This document shows, in pieces, positions 1 to 14,175 of a DNA stretch of 64,000 nt (positions within the stretch are counted from its first letter, which is position 1; each line of letters begins with the position of its first letter). The DNA lies in contig OX597821.1 of the NCBI GenBank assembly GCA_951406725.2, forward strand, positions 103,292,001 to 103,356,000, given 5' to 3'. This DNA comes from Octopus vulgaris (Eukaryota). The translations under genes and the position numbers were made by a program. The notes below the pieces were generated by a model. The model worked only from the letters and a program-made list of their open reading frames with translations. It was not told the DNA's origin and did not search any database.

Positions 1-262
1 GTTCATGTTTTTGGTAGTCAGAATGATCTTGGATCTGTGGGGTTTGTTGGTTGGCCCTAGTTGGAGTTTCAGAAGGACTGCATCATTTATGCTATCACAT
101 GCTTTGCATACTATGTCTACTTTTATCTCATTTCCTCGTCTTTTTTTCCATTTCTTTCTTCTCACCGTTCACGTGAATACCCTCATAAATTATTAACAGT
201 CCTTCTGTTATTCCTCTCACCTATCCTCCTATACTCAATAAAACAAATCTTATCATTGTTAT

Positions 263-450
263 TGGCGAGCTGGCAGAGTCATTGACATTCCGGAGAAAAA
301 TGCTTGTGGATTTCGTCCGTTATTATGTTCAAATTCCGCTGAGGCCGACCTTAACTCACATCCCTTTCGGGGTCGATAAAATAAGCCGCAGTAGGGCACT
401 GAAGTCAATGTAATCGACTTGCCACCGCCTCTAAAAATGCTGGTGTTGTG
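263..450 (+). mobile_element. SINE family A (tRNA-derived head GGCGAGCTGGCAGA...GTTCAAATTCC), diverged copy
   Basis: Pol III A/B-box-like head followed by the conserved body 'gaggtcgactttgcctttcatcctttcggggtcgataaa' seen in the other family A copies (e.g. 25646-25879). Confidence 0.75.
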
Positions 451-462
451 CAAATATTTGAA

Positions 463-555
<93 letters not shown>

Positions 556-627
556 GCTGTTGTTGTTGCTGTTGTTATTGTTGTTGTTGTTATTATTATC
601 ATCATCATTATTATCATTATTATTATT
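463..627. repeat. Compound trinucleotide microsatellite (CTA)n(CTG)n(GTT)n(TTA/TCA)n
   Basis: Directly visible; produces the poly-L/T/A/V ORFs in the track. Confidence 0.97.
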
Positions 628-802
628 GCCTTTGCACAGCTTCTGACGCTGGAGATGTACTACAGTGTCAGCTGTTCACTATCAGTGAACGAAGGTAACA
701 CTTCTTATTTTCCGAGCACCTTTCGGAGAATTCGAGCAGTGCTGTTTTCCACAAGTACTCCACCCTTATTGCAGCCCCTCTATGTTCCACGTACTTCTCG
801 AG
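628..802 (-). mobile_element. 5'-truncated 3' end of an R4/Dong-like RLE non-LTR retrotransposon in a (TAA)n tract
   Basis: Minus strand reads LEKYVEHRGAAIRVEYLWKTAL, then after a short deletion ...ARILRKVL. This matches the 'LQKTALLGTARILRKVL' type C-terminus of R4/Dong ORFs. TTA repeats lie on both sides. Confidence 0.7.
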
Positions 803-817
803 ATTATTATTATTATT

Positions 818-1400
818 GAGTGAGAGAGCAGTGCATGCCATCAAAGTGACACTGGGGTAAAATATACGAAGCCCAGTATACCCATCATGACTACCCGTCT
901 GATAAGGGTACACTAGGCACATGCATCACAACCATATGTGCGCGGCATGGTGATCTCATATCAAAATAAACAGCACATGACCTTGCAGGTGGGGCCCACT
1001 TAGAATTTTCTTCAGGTCGAGTAACCCATCCCACTCGAAAGGTCCCTGAATAAGGGTTGTTTAAGGATGTTGAACGAAACACCCATGTTTCCAGAGGTGA
1101 ATTATTCAAACCCCAAAGAATCCCTCTCAACACATGGCTATGATGCTTCCCCACTACTTCTGCTCGTGATCAGAGATGCACATATCGTCAGCCACTAATG
1201 GACATGGTCAACTGGTTAAAGTCAAACAACTGACAAGCAAATCTATGGAATTGAGCAGAATATTTGCTGTAGCCCATCTTTTATACCAAGACAAAACAAT
1301 GTACATGATAACACTTCCAATCAGTCAATGTACATGATAACACTTCCAATCAGTTAAGATCAGAAGCCATGAGAGCCACTGCCTGGTACTGCATCAGGGC

Positions 1401-1401
<1 letters not shown>
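818..1401 (-). mobile_element. ~580-bp non-coding interspersed repeat flanked by (TAA)n (putative non-autonomous retroposon)
   Basis: The same sequence occurs in reverse orientation at 33014-33515. Both copies end in ...ctctcactc followed by (AAT)n. Contains a 29-bp internal tandem duplication (~1297-1354). Confidence 0.8.
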
Positions 1402-1499
<98 letters not shown>

Positions 1500-1558
1500 G
1501 ATTGTTGTTGTTGTTGTTGTTGTTGTTATTATTATTACTGTTGTTGTTGTTGTTATTG
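1402..1558. repeat. (TTA)n(GTT)n microsatellite
   Basis: Directly visible. Confidence 0.97.
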
Positions 1559-2286
1559 TATGCAGTTTCTTCGGTGGAACGTTGAGTAAGCTTCTGTATA
1601 CTGCGAATCTTTTCAATTTCTACGTAGACGATTCGATAAACGAACTTAAATTTCCCTTCCCTCTGCATAAAAATTAATAATTTATTTACTCTGTTTAAAA
1701 TTATAGAATTCAACATAAGCAGAATTGAAAAGAATTTTACAGTCATAAAATCCTGTTAATCGATGTTGAATATCCACCAAATTAACTGTGAAACTGTGCT
1801 TCCTTCTGTAATAGAAACATACAATGAAAAAATACACAAATCAATAGGTGCCGTTGTGATGTAGCGGTAGGGTAGAACTGAATGTTTATAATATCGATTT
1901 GAGATCATTATTTCTATCCTGGTTACGATCATTAAGTTATAAACTTCTCGAATGTGAATTAGTCAGTCTAAACGAGAAATGAACCCATTTTAAAAACGAT
2001 ATTAAATAATATTTTATATTCTCTATTCAGTCCACCATTTTGAAGATACACGAGGGTGTGAATAGAAATTATGAAATATTGTTTTCACAACATTACTGTG
2101 TGAAATGAGGATGTTGGCAGAAAACCCAGTAACACAATCTTACGCATAAAATACAAAGTAATAAATGAATACAAAATAATAAATAATATTTTTTAGTATT
2201 TTGTTTTTCCGTTTTACTTTACCAAATTCATCTTTTGTCTTTCTAAATATATACTGTTTCAGACGAAGTGTTGAATAGATAAAACT

Positions 2287-2330
2287 GACGATGATGGAGA
2301 TGAGGATGATGTTGGTGGTGATAATCATGA

Positions 2331-2379
<49 letters not shown>

Positions 2380-2381
2380 GG

Positions 2382-2432
<51 letters not shown>

Positions 2433-2450
2433 GAATGATGATGATTTTGG

Positions 2451-2487
<37 letters not shown>

Positions 2488-2580
2488 AATAATTATAATT
2501 ATGATGAGGATGAGGATGATGGTTAATGATGGTGAAGTAGATGACGGTGATACTGATGGTGGTGATACCGATGATAGTGA
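2287..2580. repeat. (GAT)n microsatellite
   Basis: Directly visible; gives the poly-M/H ORFs. Confidence 0.95.
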
Positions 2581-2607
2581 TCCTGGTCATGGAGTCCGGT
2601 GCCGATA

Positions 2608-3490
2608 GACCCTTTAGGAAGCCAAACGAGAAGCTATTATATATCAGCACAAGTTCCTGTCGAAAAGCCATCGTCTTCAAGAACTTGGTAAAGGGCGTCA
2701 GCAGATGAAACTCTTGCAAAGAGATTCTTGATGCTGTCGCCCCGTTCCACAATGAGGCTCTGGCCGTCAGAGGTTTAAAGAGTTGTGGCATTTACACGCC
2801 AAACCCTACCTCCTACAAGAGAAAGCGCCACCGCAAAGTGTTGTGGTTCACACCGTTCTTCTCTTTAAGTGTTAAAACCCGAGTAGGTAAGATTTTTCTA
2901 AGCTTAGTAGATAAGCACTTCTCCCGTACACAAAGGCTCAACAAAATATTCAGTAGGTATGCCCTGAGAATTTTCTTTATCTGTGAACCCAGTGTAAAAA
3001 AGATTTATGTAGGTAGATCCACGCCTGATACAGAAGCAGAATGCTCATGTAGGGGTAACACATCATGTCCACTGAACGGCGACTGTAAAACGGAGACCGT
3101 CGTATACCAGGCAGAGGTAAAAGCCATAGGATCGAATGGGCAACCAAACGTGCGAAAGTACGTGGGAGAAACTGAAGACCCCTAAAGAACTTGCTATAAC
3201 AACCACAACTCCTCCATCAACATCCCGGATATACGCAAGACCACAACCCTGGCCAAGAACATTTGGTCTTTGAAAGAAATCACCTCTGAGTACAGCATAA
3301 AGTGAAATATCCTAGAGAATGAAAAGCGTACTTCAATAGCAGCAAGAAGTGCAGGTTAGGCCTGGTTGAGAAAAGGGTGATTTTAATGAACATGTAGCAC
3401 CCGGGCATTTACCTGAATAACAGAAGTGAATAGCAAAAGAGAAATTTTTTATCCTTGCCCACAAGAAAAGAAATATATCCTGTCATACCT
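2608..3490 (+). mobile_element. Penelope-like element fragment: RT C-terminus + GIY-YIG endonuclease, pseudogenised
   Basis: Reads RPFRKPNEKLLYIS, LWFTPFFSLSVKTRVGKIFLSLVDKHF, Cys linker CSCRGNTSCPLNGDC and GIY-YIG-like VVYQAEV...KYVGETE. Downstream come TTLAKNIWSLK...KKCRL...EK...LNNRSE with stops and frameshifts. The Cys linker suggests the Neptune-like group. Confidence 0.9.
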
Positions 3491-4259
3491 GCGTGCCTCA
3501 GCATGACTATGATTATTAGTTCCCCAAATCCCTCCAACACGCACGCCCCAACACGGCGGATACCTACCATGTATAGTATAAGCTCCCACACATTGTGCCC
3601 CTACACACACCGCATGGACACATAAAAGCCCCACGAACTTAATCAATGCATAAAAAAAGGAAACACACCAACGAATACATCTGTGTATGCCCACACCCTG
3701 CAAAGTTTATACATGTAGTATCACTATATACGTTCCATTTCCACAAGAACACAATCCTTAAGGAGATACACATTCCCCACAAACTTTTCCAGGAAACTTT
3801 GAACGACTTACTACATAATCACCCAAGTGGCGATGTTTTCGTATCAAAGGGACATAATTCTTAACTCAATTCTCTCCTCCTTCCGCAGGGTTACATAATC
3901 GAATTGTTACCTAACACTACGCTGAATCCTTCGCGCGAAACCGATTATTCAGATCGACCTCAATGAATATGTAACACTGTATATTTAGGACAATATATAT
4001 ATATATATATATATATATACACGCAACAAAGCCCTTACAATGATGCACGCATACACCATGCCTCATCTACTGTTATCGCATGCTGAACTTATCACTGAGA
4101 AGTTATTAAAAGGTTGCTGAACTCAGAAATTCTACTTTCCCGCATTAAACTTAAAGGACTAATACAGGAAAATGAAATATAATCTTTCACTCAGAAGTGG
4201 TCCTAAGTTCAAAACATGTCAGAAAGAAAAGCTTTTACGTACAGCATGTGGGCGTTTAA

Positions 4260-4772
<513 letters not shown>

Positions 4773-5026
4773 AATTATATTTGTGCACATACGCACAAAT
4801 ATAGTCAACAAGCAACATAATAATAAATCATCTGTGAATGACTAATATAGATTAAGATCTGAATCTGTTTCAACAGGTTCTATCCAATATATTCCGATAT
4901 ATTAAATGAAAACACACACACGACACATACATGCACACACGACATACCACACACAACAAATTACACACATAAACACACACACATGAATACCCTCATACAA
5001 AGAAATACGTAGTGATATGATTTAAT

Positions 5027-5094
5027 AAATTGTCTGCCGGTTTCACTTTATCCTTCATTCCGGAGTTAAGGGTGAAAATTCATCAACTCCATTT
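5027..5094 (-). ncRNA. Degenerate minimal hammerhead-ribozyme-like motif
   Basis: Minus strand: TTGATGA-imperfect stem (ttttcaccctt/aaggataaag)-GAAA-CCGG-CA-gacaattt, next to a (TA)n tract. Substitutions at core positions. Confidence 0.4.
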
Positions 5095-5114
5095 ATATTC
5101 ATAGACTCGTAACT

Positions 5115-5143
5115 CTATATATATGTAATATATAATATATATA

Positions 5144-5225
<82 letters not shown>

Positions 5226-5418
5226 GTATATATACATATATATACATATATATATATATATGTATATATATATATGTATATATATGTATATATCTCTCGA
5301 TAAATATATATATAAGCGTAGAAGCAGACGTACATATAATTTCAAACTTATACATACCTCTGTACCGTTAAGCAAACAATCACACATACGCGTACAAACA
5401 CGGGCCCCATACACACAG

Positions 5419-5450
<32 letters not shown>

Positions 5451-5579
5451 CCAAACATACACAGGTACGCACTCACACACATACATGCACACACACACAT
5501 ACACGCACAGTAGAAATCGTAAGAAAAGTTAGATTAGGCGACCAAACATTTATATGTGTGTGTGTGTATGCGCGCGCGC

Positions 5580-5648
<69 letters not shown>

Positions 5649-5881
5649 TGATAGTGAGAGAGAGAGAGAGAAAGAGCGAGAGAGAGAGGGAGAGTGAGAG
5701 TGAGAGTGAGAGAGAGAGAGAGTGAGATTCCTTACGGATTTGCATGCGCGTGCTTTCGCACAACTTCTTATACAACGAACTTCCTGAATATAAGTGAATA
5801 TGCACGTATACACACACGCTCACATAATTATATATATATATATATATATAATTATACATACATATATATATGGATACATAT

Positions 5882-5917
<36 letters not shown>

Positions 5918-6060
5918 GTATGTATATACATATATATATATATATATATGCATGGAAATACGTCACTACGTATGTACCTCCAAATTAAATTACACATATA
6001 TCGCTACATACAAACACATATACACTGACACGTACATACATAAATACATGCATGCATACA
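5115..6060. repeat. Compound (TA)n/(CA)n/(GA)n microsatellite field
   Basis: Directly visible. Confidence 0.9.
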
Positions 6061-6535
6061 TACGAGGAGAAGTATATATACGTTTCTAATTGCATGTATG
6101 CATCGTTGTGTTTTTAGTACGTGAATAACATCCCCATCACTTTCCCCGATCGCATGACTATTACCAGCCGTCACACCTAAATATCGTCGTTCTTCTTCCT
6201 CATTAATGATTGATGTCAAATAAATAAAATAAATAACATAGCATTAAAGTCAACAACAAGAAGAAGAAGAACAAAAAAATTATACAAAGACACCAATGAT
6301 AAGAATAAAAAACAAAAAAAAAAAATTAAAAAAAAAGTTATAGAAAAATATCCGATTAAGAAATAAACACAATCAATGATTCCTGCCAGTTCGTTGGCAA
6401 ACATATTGGTGATTTGACATCAGGTTTTATCAATCAATTCCTTTTCGCTTTTCATTCGTTATTTATTCTTTTCAAATATACATACATGTATGTATGTATG
6501 TATGTATGTATGTATGTATGTATGTATGTATGTAT

Positions 6536-6605
<70 letters not shown>

Positions 6606-6710
6606 ACATACACGTACATAACCTGTCTCTGCATTAGTGAGATTCCTGTTACTTATATAAACTTATTCCATTCAAGCCTACTATTAAAGAGGTACCTTTG
6701 ATAAATCTTG

Positions 6711-6756
<46 letters not shown>

Positions 6757-6764
6757 ACTTGATG

Positions 6765-6800
<36 letters not shown>

Positions 6801-6823
6801 GTGTGTGTGTGCATATATATATA

Positions 6824-6913
<90 letters not shown>

Positions 6914-6943
6914 TGTAAATAAATAGACATATACATATGCATG

Positions 6944-7300
6944 AAGGCGCATGACATTAGAATGCCGGTCTCACAATCACGAAATAGTGAGTTCGATTCA
7001 CAGACCGGGCCGTACGCTATGTTCTAGAGCAAGACTCTCTATTTCACGTTCTTACAGTTCACTCAGTTGCGGAAATGAGCTGCGACATCACAGGTGACAA
7101 GGTGTATCGGCCCCTTTGCTTTTCCCCTTTGATAACATCGGTGGAGAGGAGAAGAGAGGCTGGTATGTGGGGGTGACTGTTGGTCTTCCATAAACAACCA
7201 AACCCGAACTTATAACCCGGTGGCAGTGGGGGTAGGGTGGGGGAAACCTTCTAGGTGCATCCGGTAGTCATTCATGACCGTAGGGGTTCTTTACCCATTT
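6944..7300 (+). mobile_element. SINE family C (tRNA-like head GGCGCATGG...GTTCGATTC)
   Basis: Colinear with copies at 44101-44435 (+) and 24660-24965 (-). Confidence 0.8.
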
Positions 7301-7816
7301 TACATACTCGTATATATTTATACATAGATGCACATACATAAACGTCCACCTATACACACAAATACACGTATATACACAAACACATACACACACACACACA
7401 TATATATATATACATATATATATATACACACAGACACACACATACACAAATATATATATTCATGAAATTGGAGTTGGTTTCTTGGTAATTTATATATTTT
7501 ATATGATATTTCTCGTATGTTTTGATAAATGACTAATACTAATTTATAAGGAAAAGAAAACATCTCCAAAAAATAAAACTGTTTCGTATTATACGTACAT
7601 AAAAACTGATAAAAAAAACATTAGTATATGCACACAGTCTCAGGAACACAAACGTACAAAAGCCACACAATCGATCACATACACCACCTCCTCTCTCTGT
7701 CTCTCACACGCATTCTCTCTCTCTCACTTTCTGTATGTCCCTCTCTCTTTCTCATATATATGTATATATATTTTTACGTAGACAAACACATCTTTCTATC
7801 TATCTATATATGTATG

Positions 7817-7896
<80 letters not shown>

Positions 7897-7962
7897 AATC
7901 AATCAACCTATGTACGTATGTTTATATAATATATATAAATATATGCTTGTACATATATATAC

Positions 7963-8011
<49 letters not shown>

Positions 8012-8141
8012 TATAAATGTATAAATGTGTGCATATGCCTATATATATATGCGAGGGGGGTATATATGTATATATATCTATATATTTATATCTGTTTATA
8101 TATATATATGTATATGTATATAACTATGTACATATATATAT

Positions 8142-8521
8142 ACTCTTTACTCTTACTTTTTTCAGTAATTTGATTGTGGCCATGCTGGAGCACCACCTGT
8201 AGTCGAGCAAATCGATCCCAGAACTTATTCTTTGGAAGCCTAGTACATATTCTATCGTTTTCTTTTACCGAACCGCTAAATTACGGGAACGTAAACACAC
8301 CAGCATCGGTTGTCAAGCGATGTTGGGTGGACAAACACAGACACACAAATATATACTCACACACATGCATGTATATATACATATATACGACGGGCTTTTT
8401 TTCAGTTTACGTCTACCAAATCCACTCACAAGAAGTTATAGTAGAAGACACTTGCCCAAGCTGCTACGCAGTGGGACTGAACCCGGAACCATGTAGTAAG
8501 CAAGCTACTTACCACACAGCT
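8142..8521 (-). mobile_element. SINE family B (head GTGGCTGTGTGGTAAG, CORE-like 'accttgggcaagtgtctt', internal microsatellite, GTAAAAGA tail)
   Basis: Reverse complement matches the full copy at 59698-60100. Confidence 0.9.
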
Positions 8522-8590
8522 ACATATACATATATATATACGTATATGTATATTTTTATATATGTTTGTGTATATATACATATATACACG

Positions 8591-8648
<58 letters not shown>

Positions 8649-9342
8649 CTTACTTGGAGAACAGAAAAGAAACGAAACGACGCGAGGGCGCTCAGTCATG
8701 CAATACATTAATAAATAAAATATATGCATACATGCATACATATATGTACGTACCTACATCTACATGTATATATACATGCATATATAAATATATATATGTG
8801 AGTACAGGACACCACAAATAGACGTAGAACTCAACGAGAAACGAAAACGTAAAAACAAACATGGAAACGGACTTTTTTTAACAACGAAAAAACATACGCG
8901 CGCACACAAGGACAAACTTACACATATATATATAACATGAATATAAGAAGTATTAAGCGAGACGACGAAAAGTGTTAAAAATTCAAATTTCTTGTAGCTT
9001 ATATAAAATGCAAATCCCCAACATGCAAGTTCCTTTTGATGTTTTTGTGCATGCACACACAAAGTATTCCACGCTGCTTGGTACGTTATTATAGAATTCT
9101 TACTTGAATAATCTCTCTGTATGTCAGTACAATATCTGCTCCGGGTTTCTGCGTTCTGTCTTCCGATCCAACCAAGGTGAACTTTGCTGTCAAGTCACAT
9201 GGTTCCAGGTTCAGTGCCTTCTGCTGTAGCCTCGGGCCGACCAAATCCTTGTGAGGGGAAATCGTATACATTCCACATGTATCTATACGTTTTATTTGTC
9301 ACTATATATATATATATGTATATACATATATATATATATATG

Positions 9343-9462
<120 letters not shown>

Positions 9463-10108
9463 GTATATATATTTAAATCAAAGTGACCGTTAGAATAAGT
9501 ACCAGGCTTTAAAAAATGTACTACCGGGCTCGATTCTTCAAAGCGGTGCCCCAGCATGGCCGTAGTGTAATAACTTATCTTTTGCTTGTTTCAGCTATCG
9601 AAGACCAAAAGGAAACACAGTATTTCTTCCGGCTCTTTCCGTTCAGGTTTTCAATACCCCCGAGGTCAACTTCGCTTTTCATTTTATCGGGCTTTAATAA
9701 AACAAACTAACTACACCAAGCGGTCGATCGATTGGCGAAATGGAAAAGTTAGAACACAGGACAAGACATCTTGCAGTGTTTCTTCCGATTCTTTGTGTTC
9801 TGGGTTTTGAATGGCAAATACACATAAGAGTCCAATTAATATTTATGAACCGGCGTTTATGTTACTCCAACTGAGTTCTCTGTGTGGAAAACAATGAAGC
9901 CAGGTCTCTGAGATGAGAATAAAGTCTTCCGTTCCTTCCCCTCAATCTTGATGGGGGTGGAGTTCTGGGAAAACCAGCCAAACGTATGCAAGCCTATAGG
10001 TGTTGCCCTCTCACCTATGACCTACTGGTTGTAGAAATATTATGTGATCATCAGATTTGTCAAAGTGAGATGTTTTCATCATAGGTCAGAACAATTCTCA
10101 ATCGGTGT

Positions 10109-10109
10109 G

Positions 10110-10172
<63 letters not shown>

Positions 10173-10519
10173 CGTCGTCGTCATTTTATTCATCACCTAC
10201 CCCACGACCATCGGTACATTTACCACTACCATCAATATGATCGTCATCGCTATCAACATCACCACCAGAACCACCATCATCACTGTCATCATCGTCGTCA
10301 TCATCACCAACACCAGCATCATAACTGGAACCAATACCACTAACACAACCACCACCACCACCACCACCACCACCACCATCACTACTACCACGACCACTAT
10401 GACCGTCATCGTCAGCACCACTAACGCAACCATCATCACCTTCACCATTATCATTGTCGTTGTCATCATCATCATCATCATCATTATCATCATCATCATT
10501 ATCATCATCATCATCATAT

Positions 10520-10575
<56 letters not shown>

Positions 10576-10860
10576 AACTACTGCTGTCACAGCTACCAAT
10601 TTCATCAGTATATCATCATCTTCACCACCACCATTGTCATCGTCATCGTCATAGTCGTCGTCGTCGCTGTCGTCGTCGTCATCATCACCATCACTGCTGC
10701 TGTCACCGCCACCACCTTCATCCGTATATCATCATCATCATCATTATCATGCTTATCATCATCATTATCACCATCATCACCCTCAACGACAACAAAAGTA
10801 GCAACAGCACCAGCAACAACAACATGTACAAGACTACGTGCCAAAAATAATGATGATGCT
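10109..10860. repeat. (CAT)n/(CAC)n/(CGT)n degenerate trinucleotide repeat region
   Basis: Directly visible; source of the 256-aa poly-I/T/H ORF. Confidence 0.95.
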
Positions 10861-11244
10861 CAACTGTGTATGTAAGGACGAAAACGTACCCAGAATAAAA
10901 CAAAAAAAAACACACACAAAAAAATACAAAAAAAAAATACAAAAAAAAAAAACAGGCGTAAAGAAAAAAAACTCAAAGCGGGAACAACAAATTAGCATGT
11001 GCTGAAGATAAGCACTAATTAAGCAGCAAACTAATTAAAACATTCTGATTAACATGAAAGAAAATGTCAGATATTAATTAAAGAATGTGGAAAAAATGAT
11101 ATGAAAATATTAAAATATATGATATAAAAACAATGAGAGAGAAACACCTTGATCGCCATATTTCAAATTTGAAAAGAACAGCTTTGTCCGCTGCTGTGCT
11201 TAGTTTAAGTAGGCTGTCAACATAAAACTTGATTGGTTCAAATG

Positions 11245-11459
11245 ATGTGTGTGTATGTGTATGTATATATATATATATATATATATGTATATACATATAT
11301 ATAGATATGTATATATATATATATATATATGTGTGTGTATATACATATATATATATATATAGATATATGTATATATATTTATACATATAAATGTATATAT
11401 ATATATATATGTATATGTATATGTATATATATATATATATACATATATAATATACACAC

Positions 11460-11493
<34 letters not shown>

Positions 11494-11885
11494 GTATATA
11501 TATGCATATATATATACATATATATGCATAAATATATATATATGTATATATATATACATATATATATATTTGTACATACATATATATATACATATACATA
11601 TATACTTATGTGCATGTAAATACGCTCGTACACCCACATATATGTGAGTATATATATGTGTGTAGGTATATATATATATATATAGTATATACATGAAACG
11701 CACACATCTATATTTTCGTTAATGCATATATATATACGTACACACACACACACATATATATGTACTTTGATATAAATGCATGCGTATACCTATATATTGA
11801 GACATACATACGTGCAAACATACCTACACACACACACATATGTATATACCTGAAACGTGCGCATATATATTTGTGTGTGTGCGCG
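11245..11885. repeat. Imperfect (TA)n/(TG)n microsatellite
   Basis: Directly visible. Confidence 0.92.
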
Positions 11886-12417
11886 CATCGTATAACTCTT
11901 TCTGTTTGAATATATAATCTCAGTGTATGCACTTAAGAACAACAACCCGATGCAACCAAGAACAGTCGTTTGGCAGAGATCCTACTACTTGCATAGAAGA
12001 TGGACTGATCCATTGAACAATTCCTCCCGTTATCCTTCCTGTGTGTTGTTGGTTGTGTATTGTGTGAAGTGCTGGGATGATAAATGGCAAAATTCTTTGT
12101 ACTGAATGAACTAATACATAAATCGTTCCAGAAACTCGGTGACCCGCGATTGTCGTCGCCATTTTTATCTCCACCGCCGAGACTACATCATCATTACATC
12201 CATTATTTTCGTCATCATCATGATCATTATTATCAACGGTTTCACAACTATAATTATAGTTGTCATCATCATCATCAATACCAGTAACACATCCATCATC
12301 GTCACCACCAAGAATCCAGCCACCATCAACAGAACCAACAACACATATTAATCACATCCATCGTTGTCTTCTTTGTCGTCGTGACTATCACCACCGTGAT
12401 AATTATATATATACACA

Positions 12418-12579
12418 AGCGTGGCTGTTGTAAGAGGATTGCTTCCCACCCACATGATTCCAGGTTCAGTCCCACTGTGTGGCACCTTCGGCGAGTGTCT
12501 TCTACAATACCTACAAGCCGACCAAATGCTTGTGAGCGGATTTCGTAGAAGAAAACCAAACCGAAAGATGCCCGTAGTA

Positions 12580-12580
<1 letters not shown>
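12418..12580 (+). mobile_element. SINE family B 5' half, its internal microsatellite expanded and hosting nested insertions
   Basis: gtggctgttgtaag...ggcaccttcggcgagtgtcttc...cccgtagtatata. Confidence 0.85.
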
Positions 12581-12644
<64 letters not shown>

Positions 12645-12859
12645 TTATTAATAAAGCTACAAAGACATCACAAAATCTGTTACTCAGAGTTTCACTTACC
12701 CGTTGGTCGAAAAACTGTCCGACGAAAGGGAACGTGAAACTCTGAGTAAATGTTTTTGTGATGTCTTTGCAGCCTTTAATAATAAAGCATATTACTCTGC
12801 CTCCGGTATTCGAGTTCTATTTTTTCCACCTTGTTTCGCATGTATGTGCTTACTCTGGT
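12645..12859 (+). mobile_element. Fold-back hammerhead-bearing element (family H1) in (TA)n
   Basis: Inverted arms ~12651-12695 / 12734-12786. Core CCGACGA(12719)-aagggaacgt-GAAA(12736)-ctctgag-TA. 3' tail homologous to 17941-18022. Confidence 0.8.
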
Positions 12860-12882
12860 ATATATATATATATTTAAATATA

Positions 12883-14175
12883 TCAGGTCATCCCATAAGT
12901 TCTGTCCGAATTTTGAATAAAGAAAACAAGTGATCAAATGTTATAGTTAATCGATATTTAATCTTCAATGTACATTCCCTGATTATCTATGACTTCCTTC
13001 CATCTATTTACAAGCTTTTTAATCCAAACAATGTAAAACTCTTTTCGTTTGAAAGTGAAGAACTCTGAAATGTCAGTTTCGACCTCGTCCTGGCTTGCGA
13101 AAGTTGTGTCCCCCAAATGATTCTGTAAACTACGAAACAAATGGTAGTCTGAAGGAGTAACGTTGGGAGAATAAGGTGGATGAGGAATTTTTTCCCAACC
13201 GAGCTCTTCGATCTTCTGTGATATGATCTTTGCAGTGTGGGATCGCGCATTGTCCTGGTGAAACATCGCTCCTTTTCGATTCACTAAAGTGGGTCTTTTT
13301 TTCTTCAAAGCTTGGTTCAAACGCTCTAATTACTGACAGTAGACTTAACCATTGATTGTTGTATTAGGTGGTAACAATTCAAAGTGAATTACTCCTTTGC
13401 AATCCCACCAGAATAGAGAGAAGAACCTTTTTTCCATGAAGGTCCCTTCTCGGTTGTGGTTGAGCTTTTTTTCCCTTTTACCAAGCCACTTTTTACGACG
13501 TTTAACATTTCGATAGAAGATCCATTTTTCATCACCAGTCACAAATCTATCCAAAAAGAGTGAAATGAGTTCGCGAGAATGGAGAGGAGAGCAGATGTCA
13601 GCTCGGAATTTGCGGTTGCTTTAGGACAATTCATGAGGCACCCCATTTTCCAAGTTTAAGAACCTTTCCAAGTTGTTGAAGATGACGATGAACCGTTGTA
13701 TGGTTTGAACTAAGCTTTATTGCCAATTCTTCAACTGACAATGCAGGATTTTCTTCAAGTATTGCCTCAATGAGCTTATCATCAAACTCAAATGGACGTC
13801 CTGTTCGATCTTCATCTTCAAGGCTGAAATCTCCACTTCTGAATTTTGCAAACCATCTTCTGCAAGTTCTTTCATTCAAGCATTTTCCCCCACAAACTGT
13901 GTGTATGTTTCGAGTCGCTTCGGCTGCAGAGTTTCCTCTTTTGCACTCATAAAACATTATGTGCCTTAAATGCTCTTTGGATACTTCCATGTTAGAAAAG
14001 GTTTTAATCAAAGAAATTTTAATTTTATTATTCTGTAAAATAATATTTAATTAGTTTAAATGTATAAAGATGCATAAAAATAATTTTTTAATTCCATTAG
14101 ACATTCTAAAATACTATTAAATTTCATTCAATTTTATAAAAGGTAAAATCGGACAGAACTTATGGGATGGCCTAA
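12883..14175 (-). mobile_element. Mariner (DD34D) DNA transposon, near full length (1293 bp)
   Basis: ~27-bp TIRs (tcaggtcatcccataagttctgtccga / tcggacagaacttatgggatggcctaa). TA target duplication at 12881-12882 and 14176-14177. Confidence 0.97.
12958..13990 (-). pseudogene. Mariner transposase pseudogene (frameshifts/stops)
   Basis: HTH region RWFAKFRSGDFSLEDEDRTGRP and a frameshifted WVPHEL-like motif. Catalytic motifs VTGDEKW, HQDNARSH and HPPYSPNVTPSDYHLF are split over three ORFs. Confidence 0.95.

Noticed and set aside
1-250. Possible RTE-like RT C-terminal remnant on the - strand (…LLIIYEGIHVNG…)
   Set aside because: The similarity is only impressionistic and needs several frameshifts.
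1682-1805. Possible minus-strand terminal exon (tttctattacag acceptor; RKHSFTVNLVDIQHRLTGFYDCKILFNSAYVEFYNFKQSK*)
   Set aside because: Only about 40 codons, with no recognisable domain or partner exon; compatible with chance.
11920-12174. Unique stretch with open frames on both strands
   Set aside because: No recognisable protein motif or convincing splice pair.
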